Below, piece after piece: positions 42,941-51,460 of a stretch of DNA of 52,643 nucleotides. The stretch covers positions 1 to 52,643 of the forward strand of contig CAZESU010000002.1 of assembly GCA_964515275.1 (NCBI GenBank). The letters are read 5' to 3'. This DNA comes from an uncultured Oscillospiraceae bacterium. Lineage in GTDB: Bacteria; Bacillota; Clostridia; Oscillospirales; Oscillospiraceae. The notes under the pieces are model-generated. The model worked only from the letters and a program-made list of their open reading frames with translations. It searched no databases and was not told the DNA's origin. The number at the start of each line of letters is the position of its first letter. Position 1 is the stretch's first letter. Both the position numbers and the translations under genes were made by a program.

Positions 42941-42972
42941 CATATGAACAATCGTTCATTTGTTCAATTGTT
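42941..42972. promoter_or_regulatory. Candidate ArsR/SmtB operator (TGAACA-N-TGTTCA-type inverted repeats)
   Basis: CATATGAACAATCGTTCATTTGTTCAATTGTT lies just upstream of the HMA gene. ATGAACAATCGTTCAT is an imperfect palindrome resembling CzrA/CadC-type operators as I recall them. Confidence 0.45.
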
Positions 42973-43300
42973 ATTATACTACCCTTTCTCTATATGTCAA
43001 GCGTTTTTTATTGCCCATCTCAAATAACCGTAATATAATTTATATATAGCTTTCCGGGTCGGAAGCTTCATACCGGTAAAGGAACAGGGCAGGCTGGGTT
43101 TGAAAAGAATGTCGCTTGCGGGCACCGGCGGTCAGTGCCTGATGTGTCCGCCGGAGCTTCGGGACGGGAAAATGCCCTATGCGCTTTATGCTCCGGGCGG
43201 TTCGCTGATGAACCCGATCGTATGAGCAGCGTTTTAATGAGGCGGATACTTTGATGGTAGAAATTCTCCATGGCAAAAATGCCGTACTTGGATTATATAA

Positions 43301-43389
43301 TACTGATTCTTGATTAAATTTTTTAATCAGGAATCAGTATTAGGCGGTTCCTTTTCTATAAAACCAAACGTTTTTATGAAAAAACAGTA
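43301..43389 (+). repeat. Composite partial repeat, copy E: 39-bp palindromic mini-element plus module M
   Basis: TACTGATTCTTGATTAAATTTTTTAATCAGGAATCAGTA (43301-43339), then TTAGGCGGTTCCTTTTCTATAAAACCAAACGTTTTTATGAAAAAACAGTA, followed by TGAGAG. Confidence 0.75.
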
Positions 43390-43525
43390 TGAGAGGGAAT
43401 TGCTGCAAATTGCAGAAAATGCCTGCTGCAACCGGCGGTTGACAAATAGAACAGCCGGCTTTCTGGCCTGCAACAGCCAATTATGGTAGTCTTTGTTCAG
43501 AATTTGAGGCAAAGGAGACGTTCAA

Positions 43526-44524
43526 ATGATATTGGCAGACAAAATCATCGATCTACGCAAGAAAAACGGCTGGTCGCAGGAGGATCTGGCGGAAAAGCTG
43601 AGAGTATCCCGTCAGGCTGTCTCCAAATGGGAGGGTGCTCAGTCCACCCCCGATATCCAGCGTATACTGGAGATGAGCCGCCTTTTCGGCGTCAGCACCG
43701 ACTTTCTGCTGAAAGATGATCTGGATGACAGCAATGAGGTTTTAACAGAGAGTAAAGAGGAAAAGGATGACCCTATCCGTCGGGTGGATATGGAGACTGC
43801 GAGTCAGTTTATCAGCTTCCGCCGTTGCTGGGCTCCTAAAATCGCTTTCGCCACCTTTCTGTGTATTATCTCTCCTGTGGCACTGATGCTGCTGGGAGCC
43901 TTCAGTGAATATGGCGAACTCGGCATAAGCGAGAACGCGGTCGCAGGCCTCGGCATTATCATTCTGCTGCTTTTCGTGGCAGGAGCTGTCAGCATTTTTA
44001 TTCCTTACGGCATAAAGAATCAGGCCTATGAGTTTCTGGAAAAGGAAAACATTGATACCGCCTATGGGGTCACGGGCATGGCGCGGGAGTGCAGAGACCG
44101 CTATGCCGGGATCTATTCCGGCTATATTATTCTGGGCGTGGTACTGTGTATTCTCAGTGTGGTTCCTCTTTTTGCCAGTCTCTGCGCCACGGAGAGTGGG
44201 CTTGCTCTCATCATCAGTGTCTGCGCACTGCTTGTCATTGTGGGCATTGGCGTAATCTTTCTGATCATCGCAGGAATGAACCGGGGCGCCGCCAACATGC
44301 TTTTGCAGGAGGGCGACTACACCCGCATGGAAAAGCAGAAAAACCGCCTTACCGCCACCGCAGCCACGGTGTACTGGCTTCTGGTGACGGCAGGATATCT
44401 GGCCTGGAGCTTCACCACAACCGGCTGGAATCGGACATGGATTGTCTGGCCCGCAGCTGGTGTGCTGTTCCCGGCAATAATGGCAATTGTCGGCGCGATC
44501 CGAAGCAGAAATGACGATGAATAA
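43526..44524 (+). CDS. Membrane-tethered XRE-family helix-turn-helix protein
   Basis: 332 aa. N-terminal HTH_3 (IIDLRKKNGWSQEDLAEKLRVSRQAVSKWEGAQSTPDIQRILEMSRLFGVSTDFLL), an acidic linker, then at least 5 hydrophobic helices. Confidence 0.8.
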   Translation: MILADKIIDLRKKNGWSQEDLAEKLRVSRQAVSKWEGAQSTPDIQRILEMSRLFGVSTDFLLKDDLDDSNEVLTESKEEKDDPIRRVDMETASQFISFRRCWAPKIAFATFLCIISPVALMLLGAFSEYGELGISENAVAGLGIIILLLFVAGAVSIFIPYGIKNQAYEFLEKENIDTAYGVTGMARECRDRYAGIYSGYIILGVVLCILSVVPLFASLCATESGLALIISVCALLVIVGIGVIFLIIAGMNRGAANMLLQEGDYTRMEKQKNRLTATAATVYWLLVTAGYLAWSFTTTGWNRTWIVWPAAGVLFPAIMAIVGAIRSRNDDE

Positions 44525-44562
44525 GAAAAAAGCCTGTTCTGTTTTTGCAGAACAGGCTTTTT
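44525..44562. terminator. Bidirectional rho-independent terminator
   Basis: AAAAAAGCCTGTTCTG-TTTTTG-CAGAACAGGCTTTTT. Confidence 0.8.
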
Positions 44563-44565
44563 GTT

Positions 44566-46002
44566 TCAACACTGCTTCATCACGCGGATGAAGAATTCCA
44601 CTGAGCTGTGGATGGTCTCAATACGGATATGTTCGTTATTGCCGTGGATGGTGTGGCGCTCTTCGGCAGTCAGATCCATAGCGGAGAAGCGGTACACCCT
44701 GTCAGACAGGTCGCGGTAATGGCGGCTGTCGGAGCACTGCACCATCAGATACGGGGCGACTACGCAGCCTTTCCATGTGCCCGCCACAGCGGAGGACACA
44801 CGCTTCCAGCCCTCGCAGTCGGTGCGGGAGATGGGGCTTGGCTCCATATGGTCGCCAACGGTGAGCTTGATATCCCCGTCATTTATCACGCCGCGGATGT
44901 ACTCCACTGCGGATTCAACAGAGTCCTCCGGATTCAGGCGCATATTGGATACCATGGAGGCAGAGGGTGGAATCACATTGGATGCCTTGCTGCCGCTCAT
45001 CTGCGTAAAGGCAACGGTGGTGCGCACAAGCGCGTTCAGTTCGCCGCCGCTCTTTTTGCATATGGAATCCAACAGCCCGCCAAAGCACCAGAGATTTGCA
45101 AAGATCACCCGGTAAAGGAAACTGGAACGGCGGCCCAGCGTATCAAACATCTCAAGCACAGGCTTTGTAAAGTGGGCCTTGAAGGGGTGGGACTCCACCT
45201 TGACGCAGGCCATGGACAGCTTTCCTACAGGGGTGTGAGGCGCAGGTGCAGAGGCATGACCGCCGCCGCCGGAAATGCTGTATTCCAGGTTCAGCATACC
45301 CTTTTCCGCAATGCCGATCAGTCCACAGGGCTCCTTCACGCCGGGGAATATATCCTGTACAACGGCTCCGCCCTCGTCCAGCACCAGTGACGGGGTAATG
45401 CCTTTTTCGGTAAACCAGTTGACAATATTGACGGCGCCCCTGCCGTTTACTTCCTCACCGCCGGAGAAAGCGAAGTATATGTCGTTTTCCGGGGTGAAGC
45501 CCTGCTTGATCAGGTTCTCCGCCGCAGACAGGATGCCGTTAAAGGTTACCTTGGTATCAAGGGTACCGCGACCCCACATGGCGCCGTCTTTGATGATGGC
45601 CTCGAAGGGGGGCACATCCCAGTTTTCCTCCTCCACAGGAACCACGTCGTAGTGAGCCATCAACACAGCAGGCTCGCCCTCACGCTTACCTTTCCAGGTA
45701 AAGAGCAGAGCCCTGTCCTCAAGGCGCAGCAGGGGGCAGGTTTTTACCACATTGGGATAAAGCTCCGGCAGCAGGGAAATAAGTTTTTCAAACTCCGCAT
45801 CGTCCTCAAGACTCCTGTCCGGGTTGGAGACCGTGCGGCACTTTACAAGCTCGCCCAGAGCCTTTACCGCTCTGTCTTTGTCAAATTCCACGTTTTCAAC
45901 TTCCGTCTCCTCCGTCTGGCGGGGCTTAAAGGCCAACGCCCGGAGCAGAATCACTGCCAAAAAGACGACGATTATCGCAAGGATACCATACAAAACAGCC
46001 AT
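44566..46002 (-). CDS. M20-family metallopeptidase (carboxypeptidase/dipeptidase-like) with an N-terminal membrane anchor
   Basis: 478 aa. TM helix VLYGILAIIVVFLAVILL. M20 motifs LMAHYDVVP, WGRGTLDTK, GGEEV and HGNNEHI. Confidence 0.82.
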   Translation of the reverse strand: MAVLYGILAIIVVFLAVILLRALAFKPRQTEETEVENVEFDKDRAVKALGELVKCRTVSNPDRSLEDDAEFEKLISLLPELYPNVVKTCPLLRLEDRALLFTWKGKREGEPAVLMAHYDVVPVEEENWDVPPFEAIIKDGAMWGRGTLDTKVTFNGILSAAENLIKQGFTPENDIYFAFSGGEEVNGRGAVNIVNWFTEKGITPSLVLDEGGAVVQDIFPGVKEPCGLIGIAEKGMLNLEYSISGGGGHASAPAPHTPVGKLSMACVKVESHPFKAHFTKPVLEMFDTLGRRSSFLYRVIFANLWCFGGLLDSICKKSGGELNALVRTTVAFTQMSGSKASNVIPPSASMVSNMRLNPEDSVESAVEYIRGVINDGDIKLTVGDHMEPSPISRTDCEGWKRVSSAVAGTWKGCVVAPYLMVQCSDSRHYRDLSDRVYRFSAMDLTAEERHTIHGNNEHIRIETIHSSVEFFIRVMKQC

Positions 46003-46019
46003 TTTTCCTACACTCCTTA

Positions 46020-46260
46020 TACTAAAACTTATTAAAACGGTTGAAAACCTTTTTATAGCACCGCAGGTGCGTTATGAACTGTATGAGACGACTTATGCGG
46101 CAATCTTCCGCAAAAGGGAAGCGCCGTTAGGCGATTCCTTTTTCATAAAACCAAACGGTTTTATGAAAAACAGTATGAGACGTAAATTGTGCCTACGGCA
46201 CAATATGAGCATGCACTGCACGCGGGATTCTTGATTAAACTTATTAATCAAGAATCCGTA
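46020..46260 (+). mobile_element. MITE-like repeat, copy C (241-bp long variant with extra module M), flanked by TTA/TTA
   Basis: Same termini as A, B and D (TACTAAAACTTATTAAAACGG...AATCAAGAATCCGTA). A 95-bp additional segment lies between two copies of GTATGAGACG (46081-46090 and 46173-46182). TTA at 46017-46019 and 46261-46263. Confidence 0.85.
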
Positions 46261-46926
46261 TTAAAGCAGATTTTTCTTATACAGGATACGAGACACCGCC
46301 AGAGTAAACAGCACGCCTACAGGAACCATGATACCCACCGTACCCGAGTTCATGGCGGGGACAAAGATGAACAGGAGCAGCATCAGCGTCACGGGGGCAA
46401 TGGCGATCTTCCAGTTCTTTGAGATGAACACCACACCCAGACCGCCGAACAGGGCGGGCACGATCTGTGCGAAAGCCGGGGCCAGCACCGGGGAGTTCAG
46501 CACGGGAGTCAAGGGGGTTATCAGGATAACGCCCAAAATGATGATAACGGTCGTCACAATGCTGGACATGGCGATGGCGATGGTGGATACGATCTCTCCC
46601 TCCTCGGAGTTGATCTTTACGTCCGCCTGCTCAAGGGCGTTGAGCGCTACCGGCAACTTCAGGTTTGAGACATTGCCGGTTACAAAGGACAGATAGGAGC
46701 CGCCGGCGCCCAGCATCGGCACATAGGTAAAGGTTTCGATCACCGCAACTGCCCAGTACATGGGTGCCGTTGCGATGACGCCCATGAGAAAGCCGTGCCA
46801 GTCAGGCGGTGCCTGATATATGATGCCCACGCTTATGGGGTACATGAAAAGGATCACCATTACGGAGAGATTCCAGATTCGTCCCGCTCTGTGGACGGAA
46901 TCCATATAAGTAAGATTGTTTTTCAT
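46261..46926 (-). CDS. Polytopic membrane protein, function unknown
   Basis: 221 aa, about 6 TM. Its stop codon (TAA, reverse of 46261-46263) coincides with the flank triplet of MITE copy C. Confidence 0.65.
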   Translation of the reverse strand: MKNNLTYMDSVHRAGRIWNLSVMVILFMYPISVGIIYQAPPDWHGFLMGVIATAPMYWAVAVIETFTYVPMLGAGGSYLSFVTGNVSNLKLPVALNALEQADVKINSEEGEIVSTIAIAMSSIVTTVIIILGVILITPLTPVLNSPVLAPAFAQIVPALFGGLGVVFISKNWKIAIAPVTLMLLLFIFVPAMNSGTVGIMVPVGVLFTLAVSRILYKKNLL

Positions 46927-46938
46927 ATCCGCACCTCC

Positions 46939-47691
46939 TCAGGACAGCCAGGCCGTGATGGGAATGGCGCTTGCCATGCCCAGAATCAGGCTGATAGGCA
47001 GGGCATAGTCTGAGATCCAACGCCATTTCAGTATCTTTACCAGCACGCCCGCAAGACACATCACCAGCGCCGACACCACCATCACCAGCACTGGAATAAG
47101 CCCGCTCAGATCACCGCTGAAGACATTGGTAACGTCACAGAACACATAGCCCACAAAGGCGGATATCATGCCGATGAACATGGAAGAGGAGAAGATATCG
47201 CTCCACTTTTTGTCCCGGTTTTCCAGGGAAATCATGCCGTTCTGCAGCTTTTTTCCCACCAGCGGCATCAGCCATATACCCACCATGATGCTTATGGTCA
47301 TAACGCTTGCTATGGTCACATACTGGGTGGCCGTGAGAGAGCTCACCTGCCCGAAAGTAAGACCCATGGCGCTTTCGGCGTTGGTGGCAGCAATGGTCTC
47401 ATAAGACAGGGAGCCCACCACACTCAGCCGCAGCCATGGCAGCGGCAGACCCAGATCTTTTGCCAGAGTGATCACGCTGATCACGATGGCGACCGCCGGG
47501 GCAATGGTGAATACGCCCGCCGTCACCGCGATTCTTTTCAGTTTGTCCCCGCTCATGCCAATGGCCTTGCCACGCCGCCACGCCTTCACCAGGAAGAACA
47601 CCGACTGCGCCAGAACCACGGCAATAATAAGCCCCGCAATGAGGAACAATATGGGGCTGTTTACATCGAAGTTCAAATCCATCCCTCCCAT
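46939..47691 (-). CDS. Polytopic membrane protein, function unknown (start uncertain)
   Basis: About 250 aa from MGGMDLNFDVNSPILFLIAGLIIAVVLAQ. The upstream part of the 340-aa track ORF is low-complexity AT-rich promoter sequence. Alternative starts exist at 47682 (ATG) or the following TTG. Confidence 0.6.
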   Translation of the reverse strand: MGGMDLNFDVNSPILFLIAGLIIAVVLAQSVFFLVKAWRRGKAIGMSGDKLKRIAVTAGVFTIAPAVAIVISVITLAKDLGLPLPWLRLSVVGSLSYETIAATNAESAMGLTFGQVSSLTATQYVTIASVMTISIMVGIWLMPLVGKKLQNGMISLENRDKKWSDIFSSSMFIGMISAFVGYVFCDVTNVFSGDLSGLIPVLVMVVSALVMCLAGVLVKILKWRWISDYALPISLILGMASAIPITAWLS

Positions 47692-47823
47692 TTTGTTTAT
47701 ATGTCTTATATAATACTTTAATCCAATAAAGAATTCAATTGATAATATGAATAAATATGTATAATTTATTGAATCGTTTTCTTCACGTGCTATAATGGGA
47801 AAAAACGATACGGGGTGATGTAA

Positions 47824-48180
47824 ATGACGACGCGGGAAGAAGCGATCAGGCTGTGTATGGAGCTGCCGGATGCCTTTGAGGACTATCCCTTCGACGACAT
47901 AAACTGGACTGTCATGCGGCACAGGAGCAACAAAAAAATGTTCGCCGCCATATTCAAACATCAGGGCACTATGTGGATGAATGTGAAAGCGGAGCCCTCA
48001 TGGGGCGATTTCTGGCGGACAACTTTCAGCGCGGTGGTGCCGGCCTACCACATGAACAAGCTCCACTGGGTGAGCATCATTCTGGACGGCAGCATGACCG
48101 ATGAGGAAATCTCACGGCTTGTACTCGACAGCTATAAGCTCACAATGCCCCGGAGCTGCGGCAGGCGCAGGCAGATGTAA
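47824..48180 (+). CDS. MmcQ/YjbR-family protein
   Basis: 118 aa. PFDDINWTVMRH..NKKMFA...W.NVK...PAYHMNKLHWVSIILDG is typical of the YjbR fold family. Confidence 0.75.
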   Translation: MTTREEAIRLCMELPDAFEDYPFDDINWTVMRHRSNKKMFAAIFKHQGTMWMNVKAEPSWGDFWRTTFSAVVPAYHMNKLHWVSIILDGSMTDEEISRLVLDSYKLTMPRSCGRRRQM

Positions 48181-48228
48181 AGAAACGCGGATGGTTTCCC
48201 TTCCGCGTTCAACATATTGAATGCAAAT

Positions 48229-49458
48229 TCACACGACCTGAAAAATATAGAACTTCAGATAATCCGTCTCCGGCACGTTCCAGAGGATGGGGTGATCCGG
48301 AGCCTGCTGCCGGGCCTCGATCTGCCGAAGCTCTACTCCCGCGTCAAGAGCGGCGGAGCGGAGCATCTTTACAAAAAGCTCTGAGGGCATAAAGTGGCTG
48401 CATGAAGCAGTGGCAAAATATCCGCCCCGGGGCAGCAGCTTCAGAGCCCGCAGGTTGATCTCCTTATAACCACGTTCGGCACTGTTCACGGTCTTTCTGG
48501 ACTTGGTGAAGGCAGGCGGGTCGAGAATGATGAAGTCATAAGGCGCTTTGCCCTTTGCGGCAAGCTCCGGCAGCAGGTCGAACACATCTGCCGTGATGAA
48601 ATCCATTCTGTCCTCAAGGCCGTTGCGGTGGGCATTGGCCTTTGCCATCTCAATAGCAGAGGCGGACACATCCACCGCTGTCACATGTTCCGCACCGCCC
48701 TTTGCGGCATTCAGAGCAAAGGAGCCGGTATGGGTGAAGCAGTCCAGCACCCGCCGTCCCTTTGCAAGCCTCGCCACCGCCAGGCGGTTATATTTCTGAT
48801 CCAAAAAGAAGCCGGTCTTCTGCCCGTTTTCCACGTCCACACTGTAATAAATACCGTTTTCGCAGATCTCGGTGATGGTGCTTTCCGGATGGGTCTCCCC
48901 CTCTGTCTCAAACCATCCTTTGTTCTGCTCCATGCCCTCAAGGCCGCGGATAGCCACATCGTTTCGCTCGAATATGCCCTTTATCTCCTGTCCGTCCTCC
49001 CGCAGCACCTGCAAAAGCAGCGGGAAGAGCAGGGGTTTCACTTTTTCCATGCCCACAGAGAGAGTCTGGGTCACAAGAATATCCGAAAACCGATCCACAG
49101 TCAGGCCGGGGAAGCTGTCCGCCTCGCCGAAGATCACCCGGCAGCAGGACAGATCGTCGCCCATGACCGTCTTGCGGTAGTCCCAGGCATATTTGATCCT
49201 GCGCTTCCAGAATGCCTCATCAAAGCGGTCGTTTGCATTGCGGGAGATCAGGCGGATCCGTATCTTGCTTTCTCGGCTGACAAAGCCGGTGCCCAGATAT
49301 TTGCCCTTTTCGCTGACTGCGTCCGCAAGGGCTCCGTTTTCGCAGGTTCCCTCCTCCCGTATTACCTCGTCGGCATAGATCCATGGATGTCCCTGCTCCA
49401 CCCATCTTGTGCCCTTCTGCGTGATGATAAAACGGGGAAATTCTCTCTGAGCTTTCAT
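48229..49458 (-). CDS. PUA-domain class I SAM-dependent rRNA (cytosine-C5) methyltransferase, RlmI-like
   Basis: 409 aa from MKAQREFPRFIITQKG (ATG 49456-49458). GHPWIYADEV PUA region and SAM motifs VLDCFTHTGSFAL and DFIILDPPAF. Confidence 0.82.
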   Translation of the reverse strand: MKAQREFPRFIITQKGTRWVEQGHPWIYADEVIREEGTCENGALADAVSEKGKYLGTGFVSRESKIRIRLISRNANDRFDEAFWKRRIKYAWDYRKTVMGDDLSCCRVIFGEADSFPGLTVDRFSDILVTQTLSVGMEKVKPLLFPLLLQVLREDGQEIKGIFERNDVAIRGLEGMEQNKGWFETEGETHPESTITEICENGIYYSVDVENGQKTGFFLDQKYNRLAVARLAKGRRVLDCFTHTGSFALNAAKGGAEHVTAVDVSASAIEMAKANAHRNGLEDRMDFITADVFDLLPELAAKGKAPYDFIILDPPAFTKSRKTVNSAERGYKEINLRALKLLPRGGYFATASCSHFMPSELFVKMLRSAALDAGVELRQIEARQQAPDHPILWNVPETDYLKFYIFQVV

Positions 49459-49495
49459 AAACCTTCCATCCTTTTTTTCATTGGGCACATTGTAA

Positions 49496-49641
49496 TACTG
49501 ATTCTTGATTAAAAAGTTTCATCAAGAATCCCGCGTGCTGTGCACGCTCAAATTGTGCCGTAGGCACAATTTACGTCTCATAAAAACATCACGCGCTTCG
49601 CGCTATAAAACGGTTTTTAACCGTTTTCATAAGTTTTAGTA
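49496..49641 (-). mobile_element. MITE-like repeat, copy D (146 bp, inverted orientation), flanked by TAA/TAA on the plus strand
   Basis: The reverse complement aligns end to end with copy B. TAA at 49493-49495 and 49642-49644. Confidence 0.85.
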
Positions 49642-49734
49642 TAACACAGCAAAAAGCAAAGCTCAATAAAATTACGTCTATCTTTTATCTCGATAACGTG
49701 TTACAATATGAAATCATTTACCGGAGCGTTTAAT

Positions 49735-50553
49735 ATGTCTGAATTCATCTGCCCCGTGTGCGGCGGGGAACTGACAAGAACTGAAAAAACATATTTCTGC
49801 GGGAAAGGCCACAGCTTCGACATCGCCAAAAGTGGTTATGTAAACCTGTTGCTCCATTCCGGCCGAGGCAGGCGCCACGGGGACGACAAGCTGATGGTCA
49901 GAGCTCGGACCGAGCTTTTCAGCAGGGGCTACTACGATAACTTGTCGGACCTGATCGCAGATCTGGCAGACCACTATTCCGAAAAGGGTGTCCGGGTGCT
50001 GGACGCAGGCTGCGGTGAGGGGAAATATACCTGTGATGTGCTGAATCGGCTCAGTCGTTCCGGGAAAGCCCCCACGGTGGTAGGGATAGACATTTCAAAG
50101 GATGCCCTGATCTGCGCCGCCAAGCGTTCGAAGGAGCTCCGCCTTGCGGCGGCAAGCTCTGCCGCGCTGCCCATTGCAGGCGGCAGCATTGACCTGATGC
50201 TGAACATCTTCTCCCCTTTTATGGGCGGGGAGTTTTGGCGCGTCCTCCGTCCCGGTGGGAAGCTCATCCGGGCCTATCCGCTGGCAAGACACCTATGGGA
50301 GCTGAAAGAGCTGATCTATGACAGGCCCTATGAAAACCCGGTGACAGACATGGAAGAGGATGGCTTTCACATCCTTGAAAAGCGGGAGATACGCTACCGT
50401 ATCCATCTGTCGGGCAATGATGAAATTATGGCTCTTTTTAAAATGACCCCCTATTATTACAAGACCGGTGCCGCCGATCAGGCCAAGGCCCAACAGGCGA
50501 AAAAGCTTGATACCACGCTGGAATTCGGCGTGGTGGTATATCAAAAGATATGA
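49735..50553 (+). CDS. RlmA-like 23S rRNA (guanine-N1) methyltransferase with an N-terminal zinc ribbon
   Basis: 272 aa from MSEFICPVCGGEL...YFCGKGHSFDIAKSGYVNLL. SAM motif VLDAGCGEGKY. TACAAT box at 49702-49707. Confidence 0.78.
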   Translation: MSEFICPVCGGELTRTEKTYFCGKGHSFDIAKSGYVNLLLHSGRGRRHGDDKLMVRARTELFSRGYYDNLSDLIADLADHYSEKGVRVLDAGCGEGKYTCDVLNRLSRSGKAPTVVGIDISKDALICAAKRSKELRLAAASSAALPIAGGSIDLMLNIFSPFMGGEFWRVLRPGGKLIRAYPLARHLWELKELIYDRPYENPVTDMEEDGFHILEKREIRYRIHLSGNDEIMALFKMTPYYYKTGAADQAKAQQAKKLDTTLEFGVVVYQKI

Positions 50554-50554
50554 G

Positions 50555-51460
50555 GTGATACCCACGGACAGACAGGCAGCTGCCAGAACAAAGGTCATCC
50601 TGTCCATGTTCATTTACGGCACGATAGGAATATTCGTACGCTGCATTCCCCTGCCTTCTTCCCTTATTGCCATGGTAAGAGGGCTTTTGGGCGCACCCTT
50701 TCTGTTGCTGGTGATGCTGGCGCAGAAAAAGCGGCTCTCAAAAGAGGCGCTTCGGAGAAATCTGCTGCTTTTATGTATTCTGGGCGTCCTTTTGGGAGCA
50801 AACTGGATTCTTCTCTTTGAATCATACCGTTATACTACCGTGGCAACAGCTACCTTGTGCTACTATACCGCTCCCATATTCATTGTGGCGGTATCCCCCT
50901 TTATTCTGCGGGAGCGGATGACGGTGAGGAAACTGCTCTGTGTGCTGACTGCCCTTGCAGGTATGGTGTTTGTCTCCGGCGTTGCGGAAAACGGCATTCC
51001 CGCCATAGCGGAGATCCAGGGTGTACTGCTGGCTCTGGGCGCTGCGGTACTCTATGCCACCATTGTCATGCTGAACAAAAAGCTGAAAGACATAGCCGCC
51101 TTTGACCGCACCATCATGCAGCTTGCCATATCCGCGCTGGTGCTGCTGCCCTACAACATTTTTGGCGGCTGCTTTCAGGGCATCTCCCTCAGCGGATTTT
51201 CCGCCTTGATGCTGCTGGTAGTGGGTGTAGTGCATACCGGCTTTGCTTATTATCTGTATTTCGGTTCCATGGAGGAGCTCAAATCACAGACCCTTGCCAT
51301 ATTGAGCTATATTGACCCGGTGGTGGCAGTCTTGTTGTCGGCACTGATACTGGGCGAGAAAATGAGCATATATGGACTGATCGGCGCGGTGCTGATTCTG
51401 GGTGCCGCCATTGTCAGTGAACTGCCCGAAAAACAAAGCGCGCAAAGGAGAGAACATTAA
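50555..51460 (+). CDS. EamA/DMT-family transporter (start uncertain)
   Basis: Ten hydrophobic helices with two EamA repeats. Possible GTG start at 50555 or ATG at 50606. The track start at 50468 overlaps the preceding gene. Confidence 0.72.
   Translation: MIPTDRQAAARTKVILSMFIYGTIGIFVRCIPLPSSLIAMVRGLLGAPFLLLVMLAQKKRLSKEALRRNLLLLCILGVLLGANWILLFESYRYTTVATATLCYYTAPIFIVAVSPFILRERMTVRKLLCVLTALAGMVFVSGVAENGIPAIAEIQGVLLALGAAVLYATIVMLNKKLKDIAAFDRTIMQLAISALVLLPYNIFGGCFQGISLSGFSALMLLVVGVVHTGFAYYLYFGSMEELKSQTLAILSYIDPVVAVLLSALILGEKMSIYGLIGAVLILGAAIVSELPEKQSAQRREH

Noticed and set aside
43040-43290. GC-rich ~250-bp stretch between the metal-efflux promoter and repeat copy E, with short ORFs on both strands
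   Set aside because: It probably is a remnant of coding sequence, but no frame gives a recognisable family and no clear RNA structure emerges. It is left unassigned rather than named.
23040-49641. Alternative reading of the repeats as IS200/IS605-type PATEs (subterminal hairpins, no duplication) or as simple terminators or REP elements
   Set aside because: The flank triplet varies between copies but is always identical on both sides of a given copy (TCA/TCA versus TTA/TTA), which favours a true 3-bp duplication over a fixed element end. None of the hairpins is followed by a U-tract in either orientation, and one copy interrupts an ORF, so a terminator or REP role does not explain them.
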